Below, piece after piece: positions 1 to 13,669 of a DNA stretch of 64,000 nt. Source of the stretch: Eledone cirrhosa (lineage: Eukaryota); assembly GCA_964016885.1 (NCBI GenBank), contig OZ024742.1, positions 343,976,001 to 344,040,000 on the forward strand. Reading direction: 5' to 3'. The stretch's first letter is position 1. Each line of letters starts with the position of its first letter. The notes beneath the pieces are model-generated. The model had not been told where the DNA came from and made no database searches. It saw only the letters and a list, made by a program, of their open reading frames with translations. The translations under genes were made by a program, and so were the position numbers.

Positions 1-245
1 CAGCTATAATACAATGACACACAAACATACACACACACATACACACAGCTATAATACAATGAAGCACACAAACATACAAACACACAGCTATAATACAATC
101 ACACACACATACAGTTATAATACGATGACGCCCGCACAAACACACACACAGAGCTATAATACAATGACACACGCACAAACTCAGACACACACACAGCTAT
201 AATACAATGACACACACACACAGCTGTAATACAATGACACATACA
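1..245. repeat. Degenerate minisatellite built on CAGCTATAATACAATGACAC(AC)n
   Basis: About 7 imperfect copies of cagctataatacaatga separated by AC runs; truncated by the window start. Confidence 0.8.
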
Positions 246-907
246 GTGACACTAAAGCCAGCCACGATTGAATTGATTAACAATAAATAAATCGAGAAAC
301 AGTAAAACTAAAATAAAACTAACATGGCGGAATCATATACATTCTGTTGACTTTTTCTTTGTTTTTATGATTGTAATACGGAAAAATTAAAAAAACTATT
401 TTAATAAGATATACTTTATTTGTAAAATGAGAAGAAAACGAATGAAATTACAATTCATATTTATTGGGTGTTTACTTGATGTATATTCTATTATTGTTGA
501 TATTTTATTTTATGAATTCATTTCATTTCGTTTGTATGCTGCGAAAAAAAAAACGAAAAAGTAAATAATATAAAAATCAAATAAGCTAACGATTTGAATA
601 CAAGAGGAAAAACTGCATGTGATATACTAAACATGAGTTAGAATATTTTCAATATAGAAAATAAAAGTCTGTTAGATTGTGAATATCAATTAAGTGAGAG
701 ACGGAGTAGCACTCTGGTGATGGGAAATGGTGAACAACACCATCCATACTTTACAACATACTCCCACCACAACTCATTCTGTTAAACTGTAGAGGAGAAT
801 TTGAAAAAATGGAATATGAAATATGTTGTTATATTATATTAGATGATTGCGTTAGACATACACTTACACACACAAATATATATATATGCAAACGCATGCA
901 TATATAA

Positions 908-997
<90 letters not shown>

Positions 998-1512
998 CGG
1001 TTCCAATCGGGGTTAACCACAGTTAGTAAGGTACTCAATACATTAGTAGAGTGTAAACATTAGTAGAGTGTAAACGACAGATTCCCCTGAGAAGGTCGTG
1101 GGGACAGAGTCCCCACGACCCTCTCAGGGGAATATGTCGGCAAAGAAGAAGAAAAGAAGAAGCTACGCACCTTTATGTGTTTTGGTACCAAGTGTGCTTT
1201 GATTCACAGAAACGTCGATAATTAAGCTGTAAATCCTTTTTATTCTACTTTTATTCATCTGATGTTCATTTGGGATTCTACTTATTGATATGGAATTATG
1301 GATTACAGTTGTAATTTATGCACTTCGCAAGTAGAATCTGGGTAATAGCCGACTTCATAAATTTCACCTTAAAAGACTACAACTTTTACACGAGTATATA
1401 TATATATTGTCAGGGAACGTCTTCACGAACCAAACTATCGTCTTCCTGTTTTCCTTCGGTTGCAACGTTTTTTGAAATGTTTACTTCTGTGTTCACAGAT
1501 TGATTTTTTTTA

Positions 1513-1561
1513 GATTCAGAAGATCCCGTTATGGGTGAAAGCAGCGATTCTTTGCTTAAAT
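1513..1561 (+). ncRNA. Hammerhead ribozyme-like motif, CAGAAGA core variant (PLE terminus family)
   Basis: CAGAAGA-tccc.gttat.gggt-GAAA-gca..tgc-TT-aaa; same family at 12110-12160 and 51415-51465. Confidence 0.55.
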
Positions 1562-1578
1562 TTTAATATGTTATTTTA

Positions 1579-1609
<31 letters not shown>

Positions 1610-1818
1610 AATGGAAGTTCAGTAAAATCGAAGTTTTGGCTGTGGCCAAGCTAACGATATACAATCCGGAAAGTACAGCAAAGCACTCGATAAGGTTGTA
1701 CCTTAGTATATATATATATGTATGTATGTATGTAAAAGGTAAACAGAAATAACAACGCAATCGGTACAGTATATGGAAGGGATATATTAGGTTAACGCTT
1801 GATACAGCAGGAAGAGGG

Positions 1819-1854
1819 TCTTAACGTTTCGGACGCTAGTCCTTCATCAGAAGA
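1819..1854 (-). ncRNA. Minimal type-I hammerhead ribozyme
   Basis: Minus strand tctt-CTGATGA-a-ggac.tagc.gtcc-GAAA-cg-TT-aaga; palindromic AACGTT stem III; second copy truncated inside stem II at 2725-2835. Confidence 0.75.
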
Positions 1855-2317
1855 AAGAATGAGAAATAAGATAGATTGAGGGGACGGGTGGGTTAAAATT
1901 GGACTAGTGAGAAGAAGAAATAGACGGGTGAGAAGAAGAAGGTGGTGTAAGAAGATTGTAGTAGAGGAAAAGTGGTAGAAGTCGTAGAATATTTAAATGC
2001 AAGAAGCAAAGAAAATATCAATGATACGAAAGATTTCCTGGAGGAAGTTCAAGTGTTCTCCGGGTTGATATCCAGTTTTGGAGAGAAAATCCAATTAGAA
2101 AATCCAGCGAATTTTGAGAGGTCCACGTAAGCATTGATATATATATATATATATTAGAATTGGTGCTGTGAAATAGCTATATATATATGAATGTATATAT
2201 AGTGTAGTTTGCAATACACTGTATGCTTAATTAAAAGCATTTCGAAGACTTTATGCTATTGTTTTAGAGTAGTGACAGACTCACTTACTTTAATTTTCAG
2301 CAAACAGGGGGAGATAA

Positions 2318-2362
2318 AGCTGACAAGGCAATGTTTCGCATTTATTGATGCTTATCAAAGCC
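2318..2362 (-). ncRNA. Hammerhead ribozyme, U3-A8 core (inverted copy)
   Basis: Reverse complement of the 2535-2579 motif with two substitutions in the stem III region. Confidence 0.6.
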
Positions 2363-2534
2363 AACTACTCCTCCTGTTTGCTGAAATCATGGATGTTTGG
2401 TTCTTATAGAATTCTCGTAAATAATCAGAAACTGATTATATAGAGCGGTTGCCGGTCAAGCAGAAATTGAAAATTAGAATTGGTGCTCTGAAATAGCTAT
2501 ATATATATGATTTCAGCAAACAGGAGGAGTAGTT

Positions 2535-2579
2535 GGCTTTGATAAGCATCAATAAATGCGAAACAAGGCCTTGTCAGCT
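2535..2579 (+). ncRNA. Hammerhead ribozyme, U3-A8 core
   Basis: ggct-TTGATAA-gca.tcaataaa.tgc-GAAA-caaggccttg-TC-agct; palindromic stem III, GUC cleavage triplet. Confidence 0.7.
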
Positions 2580-2850
2580 TTATCTCCCCCTGTTTGCTGA
2601 AAATTAAAGTAAGTGAGTCTGTCACTACTCTAAAACAATAGCATAAGGTCTTCTAAATGCTTTTAATTAAGCATACAGTGTATTGCAAAATACACTATAT
2701 ATACATTCATATATATATATATGTATGTAAGAGGTAAGCAGAAATAACAACACAATCGGTACTGTATATGGAAGGGGTATATTAGGCTAACGCTTGATAT
2801 AGCAGGAAGAGGGTCTTAACGTTTCGGACGCCAGTATATACATATATAAA

Positions 2851-4676
2851 GTGACCCCCTCATACGCCAACCTTGTCATGGGATATTTCGAAACCATTCT
2901 CTACCGAAAAGTTCTAGACAAATACGGCAACCACTTCTACCAACACATAGAAAAGAACTGGAAGAGATATCGGGACGACTGCTTCATCCTCTGGCATGAA
3001 AGTATAGATAGACTGTTTGAGTTCAAAACCCTTCTGAATGAGCTCAACAATAACTTACAATTCACAATGGATTACAGCCATGAACAACTCCCTTTCCTCG
3101 ACATCCTCATCAAGAAAACAAGCAACAAAATAGAAACAGACATATACTACAAACCCACAGACTCCAAACAATACCTTCCATTCAACTCGTGCCACCCTAG
3201 ACACACCAAAATGGCAATTCCTTATAACCTAGCCAGAAGGATCTGCACAATTGTTTCAGATAAATACACATGCTACACACGACTAGAAGAATTAAAAAAC
3301 ACACTTATCAGCAGAAACTACCCAACATCCCTAATCACCAACGGATTCCAACGTGCTCTAAAACTAGACATCCAGGAACTCAGACACCCCAAACCCAGGA
3401 GTGAACCGCAACAAAACACTTTACCATACATCTCCACACACAACCCCTCAACAATGAGGCATTCGACACCATCCTCCAGAACTTTCCTTTATTAAAAAGA
3501 GACCCAAGAATGAACAATATCCTCCAAACACACAACATCATAAAGAGCAAAAGACAACCCAAATCCATAAAAACCATCCTCACACAAGCCAAAATCCAAC
3601 AAACCCTCACAATAAACCCTACAGTAACAAAATGCGGAAGGCCCAACTGTGGCATATGCATAAATCTAATAGAAGGTTCAACATTCCATTTTAAACAAGG
3701 ACAACCTTTCACAATTAAACACAACTTTACATGTGCATCTGAAAACCTTATCTATGTTTTGGCCTGCTCAGGTTGTCAAGAGCACTACATAGGACAGACA
3801 AAAAACAGCCTCCGTCAACGTCCATAAATCACAAATTAAAATACAGGAATACAGAAAGATTGCATTTAGTGAACATATCGCCAATTGTGCTCTCAACCAA
3901 CATCCAAACTTTAAAGTTTTCCCCCATTTACAAATTCATAGACAACGCTACTTTCATCCAACGCACCAATAAGGAAACACATTTCATTAATAAATTTCAA
4001 CCACTACTCAATGCCCTAAAATCGGACCAATCTAAAACTGCAACAAACCATCAAACATTTACAAGAGTTACTTCCCTCACACCCTACCTAATCCTTTTTC
4101 TTAAATAAATTTAATTTCACCCAGCAAGAATTGCTTCCCCCTGCATATTAACTCTCTAAAAAGGGAAATCATATCAAATCACAGCCCACCATTTGCCTCC
4201 TTCACGGAACCATGGTTCAACTAAGCACTCTTGCGATATTAACACATTTTGAACTGCTTAACTTCAATGACTGTGCTTGTAAATAACATTATTTTTTCTC
4301 CCACATTGACTTTTTACGTTCCACATTATGCACGTTTTTTTTCCTTTTTTCTTTTCACTTCTTAAACCTTGTTTGTATATAACATTATTCTTTCTGCACC
4401 TTCTGTTTAACATGTGCGACACCACACTAATACATTTCACTATCATTTGATAATGCATATAAATGCAGAAACCGGTAATAGACAATAACTAAATATATAA
4501 ACAGATAAATAAATGCCATTGTTAAATAATAAATAAATCAACTAATACCGTAACACTTCACACAAAGTAAAACATTTCGTTTTAATCATTTTCTAAACCA
4601 GAAAAAAGAAAGAGAGAGACAAAAAAAAAGGAAAAAAAAAAATTGTTCTTCCTCATAATCGTCTCTTTCTCCCTGT

Positions 4677-4680
<4 letters not shown>
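2851..4680 (+). mobile_element. 5'-truncated Neptune-type Penelope-like element (RT C-terminal half + GIY-YIG, frameshifted) with 3' UTR/pLTR
   Basis: ORFs 2851-3495, 3510-3827, 3773-4108: PSYANLVMG, WKRYRDDCF, LPFLDILI, YYKPTDS, KCGRPNCGIC, NLIYVLACSGCQEHYIGQT; ends in (TA)n at 4681. Confidence 0.9.
4445..4479 (+). ncRNA. Minimal hammerhead ribozyme (U3-A8) in Neptune pLTR
   Basis: at-TTGATAA-tgcat.ataa.atgca-GAAA-ccgg-TA-at; stem I is only 2 bp. Confidence 0.65.
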
Positions 4681-4724
<44 letters not shown>

Positions 4725-5038
4725 AGCTGCACAGAAGACGAGCTGTATAAGGGAAGTAACTCTTGCTGTCTAAGTTCTTGGAATGGTAAAATTAAAGGTG
4801 TTATATCTTAGCATCGTATTATTTGGCAAATAAAGTCTTCGCTGCTACATCTGTGTGTGAAGATACATTATTCTTAACTGATTACATACGCTTTTTGTAA
4901 GTGAAATATGCTCACCATAAAATCCCTATTCTCACTTTGAAGTGATATGTGCTTAACTTGGAAATGCTTTCTGTACTTTGATGTGATGTGCTCACTTAGA
5001 TTTGCAAAAGCTTTAGTTTTCGAAATAATGAAAGTAAT

Positions 5039-5365
5039 GTGTTTAACTATGGCTTTTAATTTGTACACAGGTTCAGTAATATGATCGAAAGGGGAACATA
5101 GCTAATACCCACCGCAGTACTTGACTGATTCTTTATTGTGTTTAACTATGGCTTTTAATTTGTACACAGGTTCAGTAATATGATCGAAAGGGGAACATAG
5201 CTAATACCCACCGCAGTACTTGACTGATTCTTTATTGTATTGAACTCGGGAGAAAGAAAATCAGAAGTAACATTGATCAGGGGTATTTGAACTCAGAATG
5301 TAAAGAAATGGAACAAAGGTTGTGAGGTATTTATCTGACACTCATACGATCCTGCCGAACCACCA
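5039..5365 (-). mobile_element. Degenerate tRNA-derived SINE with ~99-bp local tandem duplication
   Basis: B-box reverse complement atttgaactcaga at ~5285; 5039-5140 is duplicated at 5139-5239. Confidence 0.55.
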
Positions 5366-5470
5366 CTCTAATGTATGTTCAAACATATAAGCATCCATAT
5401 GGCTCCGTTTCACTTTCTAAACATTTAGAATTCTGTTGTTTCATTTTCACAAAAAATGCACACAAAATAG

Positions 5471-6607
5471 ATATATACACTACAAATGTAAACCAACTAA
5501 ATATATACACTACAAATGTAAACCAACTAAATATATACACTACAAATGTAAACCAACTAAATATATACACTACAAATGTAAACCAACTAAATATAAACAC
5601 TACAAATGTAAACCAACTAAATATATACACTACAAATGTAAACCAACTAAATATAAACACTACAAATGTAAACCAACTAAATATATACACTACAAATTTA
5701 AACCAACTAAATATATACACTACAAATGTAAACCAACTAAATATAAACACTACAAATGTAAACCAACTATATATATACACTACAAATGTAAACCAACTAA
5801 ATATAAACACTATAAATGTAAACCAACTAAATATAAACACTACAAATGTAAACCAACTAAATATAAACACTACAAATGTAAACCAACTAAATATAAACAC
5901 TATAAATGTAAACCAACTAAATATAAACACTACAAATGTAAACCAACTAAATATATACACTACAAATGTAAACCAACTAAATATATACACTACAAATGTA
6001 AACCAACTAAATATATACACTACAAATGTAAACCAACTAAATATAAACACTACAAATGTAAACCAACTAAATATAAACACTACAAATGTAAACCAACTAA
6101 ATATATACACTACAAATGTAAACCAACTAAATATAAACACTACAAATGTAAACCAACTAAATATATACACTACAAATGTAAACCAACTAAATATAAACAC
6201 TACAAATGTAAACCAACTAAATATAAACACTACAAATGTAAACCAACTAAATATATACACTACAAATGTAAACCAACTAAATATATACACTACAAATGTA
6301 AACCAACTAAATATATACACTACAAATGTAAACCAACTAAATATATACACTACAAATGTAAACCAACTAAATATATACACTACAAATGTAAACCAACTAA
6401 ATATAAACACTACAAATGTAAACCAACTATATATATACACTACAAATGTAAACCAACTAAATATATACACTACAAATGTAAACCAACTAAATATATACAC
6501 TACAAATGTAAACCAACTAAATATATACACTACAAATGTAAACCAACTAAATATATACACTACAAATGTATACCAACTAAATATATACACTACAAATGTA
6601 AACCAAC
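5471..6607. repeat. 30-bp minisatellite, ~38 copies
   Basis: Unit ATATA(T/A)ACACTACAAATGTAAACCAACTAA, near-perfect. Confidence 0.97.
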
Positions 6608-6704
6608 CACCAAAATTAAAAAACAAAAAAGAAAAAGAAAAACAAAAGAAACACACAAAAAATTCATTTATTTGTTTGAAAACCTGTTTATTTATCTGCC
6701 ATTG

Positions 6705-6768
6705 TCATCATCATCATCATCATCATCATCATCACTATCATCAACACCACCACCACCATCATCATGAC

Positions 6769-6834
<66 letters not shown>

Positions 6835-7095
6835 TATTATCATTTTTATCATCATCACCATCAATACAACGACAATTCCAATACACGTACCTCTACATGT
6901 CTATAAGTGTGTGTGTCTTTTGTGTGTGTTTGTGTGTTTGTGTGCATGTTTATGTGTTTGAGTGTTTGTGTTTGTGTGATTGTGTCTATGTGTGTGTGTT
7001 TGTGTGAGTATGTGTGTGTTTGTGTGTGTTTGTGTGTATATGTGTGTGTTTGTGTATATGTGTATTTGTGTATTTGTGTGTATATGTGTATGTAA
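6705..7095. repeat. (CAT)n followed by degenerate (TG)n microsatellites
   Basis: Direct reading. Confidence 0.9.
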
Positions 7096-7820
7096 GGGCT
7101 CAGTAATCTTAGTATTTAGTTTGTTCTTTAATTATTAACACATTCTCAGAATTGATATTTAAATATATAGTCCAATCCTTGGCTATAATTTTCCACAGTC
7201 ATATGCACTCCTAGAACATATGTCCATGACCTCTCTAGCCTCTAGCCTCTCCAGCCAGTGTGGCCGATGTCGTTAGTGTTTTACTTAAACTGTTGCTGGT
7301 CGACGCCATTTTGAAAGACATTAACAAGAAGGGATTTCAAAGGACAGCAAGGATTAGGCGGCGTAATTAATGTGGCGTCTGGGGGTTGGATACAACTAGG
7401 GGGATGAGACGAGGGGTAACAGAGGAGTCGGGAATGCTTGTGTTTTGAGTTCCCATGAAACATGAAAGCTCCATGGAGCAGAGAACATTGGAAACGCCGT
7501 AGAAGGGGAAGAGGAAGGAGATTGCACATCTGTGAGGAAGAGGAAAAAACGTGTGTGTGAGTGACTTTATGAAAATTATGAATGGCTTTTCATTGGACAG
7601 GGTTTTGATCGTCAGCGCAAACAACAGCAACAGCGTACTAGATATATAAATACTATTCTATTAAGGCTCTTCCCCGAGATTTGTAACACGTTGTTGGGGT
7701 TGAAATAATTTCTAGCCCTGAAGATAAGAGCTAGTCTTTGAGATGTAGTTCTAGTTGTATTAAGGATATCTGTTCCCCATGAGGCCTAACACATGGAGAA
7801 ATATATATGTACTTGTATTT

Positions 7821-7926
<106 letters not shown>

Positions 7927-8272
7927 GTAAAAGTTCTATATATTTATACATCCTATCGATATGTTATTGTTAGGAGTCCTAATGATGAGTCGTAACTAGC
8001 CAGGATTGCGTAACATTTTCTGTAATTACGTAATCTTCTGCATATAACGCTTTTATTATATGCTATAGGCAGATGATGGCGATGAAACGGAATTCCGCCC
8101 AGGAGATAGATCAGTGTAACCAAAATCTGATAACTGCCTTAAAAATCATTAACTAACTAATGGCTCATTGCAATGCAATGAGCAGCCTATCAACTGCACA
8201 CTTGTTATTTCATTGAGAGTGTGAGCTATGGCCGGTGGTCACTAAAATAAATTCGCTAACTTCCGTAATCTC

Positions 8273-8340
<68 letters not shown>

Positions 8341-8499
8341 ATATATATATATATATACATTATTCAAAATATTAACAAATGAAGATATTCACATAATCGA
8401 AATATATGTTTTATTATATATATTTCAATTCCAGTATTGGCAGTGATTTATTTCATCAAATCTCAACATTTATATACCACAAATAATATATATATACAT

Positions 8500-9128
<629 letters not shown>

Positions 9129-9607
9129 TTAGACATTAGTATTGTATATAGTCTTTGGGAGATATAAATCTGTTTGAGACATCAACCAGAGTCTGGTTAC
9201 TAGACGAAAGACCACAACAGCAGGTAGAAAAATATCAACAAAACTCAGGCGTAACATACATACACACACATACACAAACACATACACACACACACACATA
9301 CACACATATACAAACATACACACATATACATATACATACACATACATACACATACACACGCACATATAGAAACATCCTCTCACACACACATACACTCGCA
9401 TATACATAAGCACGCACATACACATACATTCACACGTACGTACATACAAATACACACACACACACATACACGCATACACACACATACACACACATACACA
9501 TAGACACACAAACATACACACATAAGCACATCAACATATAAAAACAACAAGAGTAACAAGAGTAGCAGCAGCAACAGTAGCAGAAGAAGAAGAAGAAGAA
9601 GAAGAAG

Positions 9608-9638
<31 letters not shown>

Positions 9639-9721
9639 GAAGAAGAAGAAGAAGAAGAAGAAGAAGAAGAAGAAGAAGAAGAAGAAGAAGAAGAAGAAGA
9701 AGAAGAAGAAGAAGAAGAAGA

Positions 9722-9777
<56 letters not shown>

Positions 9778-9778
<1 letters not shown>

Positions 9779-9913
9779 TTCAAAAGGCATGCTTGCTGGG
9801 AACAGCAAGAACCCTCCGATACGTCCTGAATATCTGAGGCTGCAGGTAGTGGCTTGATATTCATTTCAACAAACTTTCCAGTTAACTAACATCAATGACT
9901 GAGACTCAAAGAG
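9778..9913 (+). mobile_element. Extreme 3' fragment of a Dong/R4-type non-LTR element inside an (AAT)n array
   Basis: Translates LQKACLLGTARTLRYVLNI*, the typical R4-clade C-terminus; (AAT)n on both sides. Confidence 0.75.
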
Positions 9914-9941
9914 TAATAACAACAATAATAACAACAACAAC

Positions 9942-10018
<77 letters not shown>

Positions 10019-10463
10019 TAATAATAATAATAATAATAATGAGAAGAAGAAGAAGAAGAAGAAGAAGAAGAAGAAGAAGAAGAAGAAGAAGAAGAAGAAG
10101 AAGAAGAAGAATGTGTGACATCCACAACAGCAATTGGTGTGAAAGCTAGAACAATATGTCACCAATGAATAACCAAATATTGAAACTTAATATGAAATTT
10201 GCATCAATTTTCAGAACTTTTATATATACTTTTTCCTTCATCTACAACTTTAAAGTCCAATTAAGCGGCTTCAAATTGGTTTTTACACCATCACACTTTG
10301 TCCATATCACTGAAAAGATATAAAATTACTTCCGGTTAACAGGTTGTCAATTCTTTTCATTGAGTTTTTTTACAATTGATTTATAGAACATTTTATTTTT
10401 ATCTTTATTTTCATTTTTATTTTTATCTTCATTTTCAATTTTTTTTTAGATTGTCACCAACTG

Positions 10464-10839
<376 letters not shown>

Positions 10840-11143
10840 ACATTTATTATTTTATCTGCATTCTGGAAATTATTGACTGTTAAGTAGCCAACACCGAACA
10901 TCTCAGCTGATGAAGTAGCTCTCCACTTCCGGTAGACGCCATTACACGGCTATTGACAACCTGGTGAAATGGAGAAGATTTTGACATACACATGCTTCAG
11001 AGGTGATAATATATGTATGAGACAAACACAGCAAAAACAAGAAAAGAAGTTGGGTCACCTTTCTTGCCAAATGAAGATCTGTCGAAAGTAACGAGTTCAC
11101 ACACCCACCAACACACAGACATGCAGACACAACACACACACAT

Positions 11144-11188
<45 letters not shown>

Positions 11189-11200
11189 CATATAAATCTG

Positions 11201-11247
<47 letters not shown>

Positions 11248-11249
<2 letters not shown>

Positions 11250-11400
11250 ACGGTTTCTTATATAGGCACAAGGCCGCCAATTTTAGGGGAGGGGAAAGTC
11301 GATTAAATCGACCCCAGTGCGTGACTGGTACTTTATTTTATCGACCCCGTAAGAATGAAAGGCAAAGTTAACTTCGGCGGGATTTGAACTCAGACTGTAA
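11248..11400 (-). mobile_element. tRNA-derived SINE (Meta-like core, octopus-type), partial
   Basis: ggtactttattttatcgaccccgtaagaatgaaaggcaaagttaac..ggcgggatttgaactcag; same family at 20960, 23985, 35280, 49980, 56715, 56870. Confidence 0.8.
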
Positions 11401-11704
11401 AATAATAAATGATTTCATTTATTAGCCACAAGTGCCAACATGTTGGGGACAATACAAAGACAGGGGGGTTTACAATAAGGCCGAGTAAAAGTGTACGATG
11501 GCAAGACTAATTTAACAATGAAGATATAAAAAATATAAAATAAACTATGCATAAATATAACAAAATGAATTCCCCTATAGGGAGGGGACGACCCATGATT
11601 GACTCAGGTACTACACCAATCCTGAACGACACAGTGCTTCTAGGGCACCCAGGGAGAGCACCCCTCGCCTCAAGTTAGCTAGCTTATAATAATAATAATA
11701 ATAA

Positions 11705-12006
11705 CTAGCAGAATGGCCCGGCGTTGCTCGGGATTCTAAACATAGATTGGCATGTTTATCCCGCCTTTCTGAAACAGTTTCATTGTATGTTCACCAATCG
11801 ATGCAGAAGTCCTAATAAAAATTGAAGTCGCCTTGGGTAAATAGGCAAATAATTTTCCATTAAGTTTTTTCAAAAGCATGTCATTGCGTTCCCTTTCTTT
11901 TCTGTTGTTGTTTTTGCTGCTGTCGAGCCTCGTGAAATAAATACGTTTGTTTATATTTTGTTATTGTGTATGCAAAAATATCTGTACACGTATATATAAT
12001 TATATA

Positions 12007-12098
<92 letters not shown>

Positions 12099-12557
12099 TA
12101 ACAGATTAAAGTTTAAGCGAAGAATCGCTGCTTTCACTCTTAACGGAATCTTCTGAAATTAAAAAAAATCAATCTGTGAACGCAGAAGTAAATATTTCGA
12201 AAAACGTTACTCACACTATATATACACACTATATATATACATATATATATATACACACACACACAGATAGTGTCATAATGTCGTAATGCAGAGAACCAGA
12301 CATATAGACAGATATTATAAGGGTGCCACGTCATAGCTATGTATTATCTAAAAAGACAGACTAAGAATTATAGAGAGATTGCTAAATCGCCTAATGCGGT
12401 TCCTTGGGCATTGAAAATTTGAAATATCTTTTGCTCAAAACACTCAATACAACCATAAGTATTACATGTGTAAAGTTTGAAAAAAATCGGTTGGGTGGTT
12501 CTCGAGCTTTAGGGAGTCAGACAGACAGACAGACATTCTCTGTTTTAGATATATAGA
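11705..12557 (-). mobile_element. Non-autonomous Helitron
   Basis: Minus strand starts TCTATATATC..(TGTC)n and ends hairpin CCCGAGCAACGCCGGG + CCATTCTG + CTAG followed by T. Confidence 0.8.
12110..12160 (-). ncRNA. Hammerhead-like motif, CAGAAGA core, nested in the Helitron's (TA)n
   Basis: Minus strand aattt-CAGAAGA-ttccgttaagagt-GAAA-gcagcgattcttcgc-TT-aaact. Confidence 0.5.
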
Positions 12558-12632
12558 CTAGCAGAATGGCCCGGCGTTGCTCGGGATTCTAAACATAGAT
12601 TGGCATGTATATCCCTCCTTTCTGAAACAGTA
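12558..12632 (-). mobile_element. Second Helitron 3' end, head-to-tail with the first
   Basis: Repeat of 11705-11779; minus-strand junction reads CTAG|TC. Confidence 0.75.
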
Positions 12633-12988
12633 CAGAGAAGTACGGAATACCTCGGCCTGGGGATGATGTCTACATTTTATGCTTATAAAAAAAATTGGTC
12701 GTAGATTACCAGGGTGCCCGAGAGGAAAATGTTCAACCCACGAAAGCCAAGACGATAGGGTTAAGTAAAAAGGCATTCGACAAACCGAACATGTATTTGT
12801 TGTGGTGTTGTCTTACTCCTTTCAATGTTTCGTCGTATGTTCATCAATTGATGCAGATATCCTAATATATGTATGTATATATAGACACATACACACACAC
12901 ACATATACACACACACACATATATATATATATGTGTGTGTATGTGTATGTGTATGCATATATACATATATATATATACATATATATAC

Positions 12989-13062
<74 letters not shown>

Positions 13063-13065
<3 letters not shown>

Positions 13066-13594
13066 GGAAAAATTTGAACAGGAACAAAACAGAGAGGCAG
13101 TACAACGAATGTTTATTAATTTCACGCTCTGGAGAGTGAGGTGGTGGTGGGGAACGACGTTTCGGGCATAAGCCCTTCCTCAGGTGAGAAGTGTGTGGGA
13201 ACAGAGTTCAAAGGGTGTGTAGGGGAGTGGTGGAGAGACATATAGCGAAAGGAAACGGTGCGAATGAAATTAAAAATAAAAATTAAAATAAAGCATGATC
13301 AAAATACAAGGAATGAAATAAAAATAAATATAAAAGCATGATCAAAATAAACTGAAATTAAAAAGGGGTAAAACAGGTGGTGGAAGGGTGTGTGGTGTGT
13401 AGGGGTGGTGGCGGGTAGAGTGGGGAGAGGGAGACGGGGTGTCCGAGCGGGGAGGGCTGAAGGTGGTGGTGTGTGTGTAGGTGTACGTGTGTGTGTGTGT
13501 GTGTGTATGTGAAAGTAAGGGTTGGGGGAAGAACGGGGTTGCATGTTCAGGAAGAGGTGTGTGTGTGGGGGGGGGGGGGGGGTTGTAGGTCGGA

Positions 13595-13596
<2 letters not shown>
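13063..13596 (-). mobile_element. PLE 3' UTR/pLTR fragment with minimal HHR at 13154-13185
   Basis: Minus strand ac-CTGAGGA-a-gggc.ttat.gccc-GAAA-cg-TC-gt; both ends in (TA)n. Confidence 0.65.
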
Positions 13597-13642
<46 letters not shown>

Positions 13643-13669
13643 CATGAAAATATATATATATATATATAT

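Larger units (their letters stand above)
2178..2720. repeat. Inverted duplication of an HHR-bearing PLE terminus
   Basis: About 2178-2390 is the reverse complement of about 2508-2720; both outer ends run into (TA)n. Confidence 0.85.

Noticed and set aside
5471-6607. CRISPR-like 30-bp periodicity
   Set aside because: Units are contiguous with no spacers, there are no cas genes, and the context is eukaryotic
5371-6906. 400-500 aa ORFs on both strands (TTNVNQLNIY, YKCKPTKYIH repeats)
   Set aside because: Translation of a 30-bp minisatellite that happens to lack stops in these frames; no splice or other coding evidence
8068-8103. CAGATGA..GAAACGGAATTCCG hammerhead-like string
   Set aside because: No stem II and no UH after stem III; at best a decayed copy
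10900-10990. CTGATGA followed by a possible stem II
   Set aside because: GAAA/stem III/stem I could not be closed
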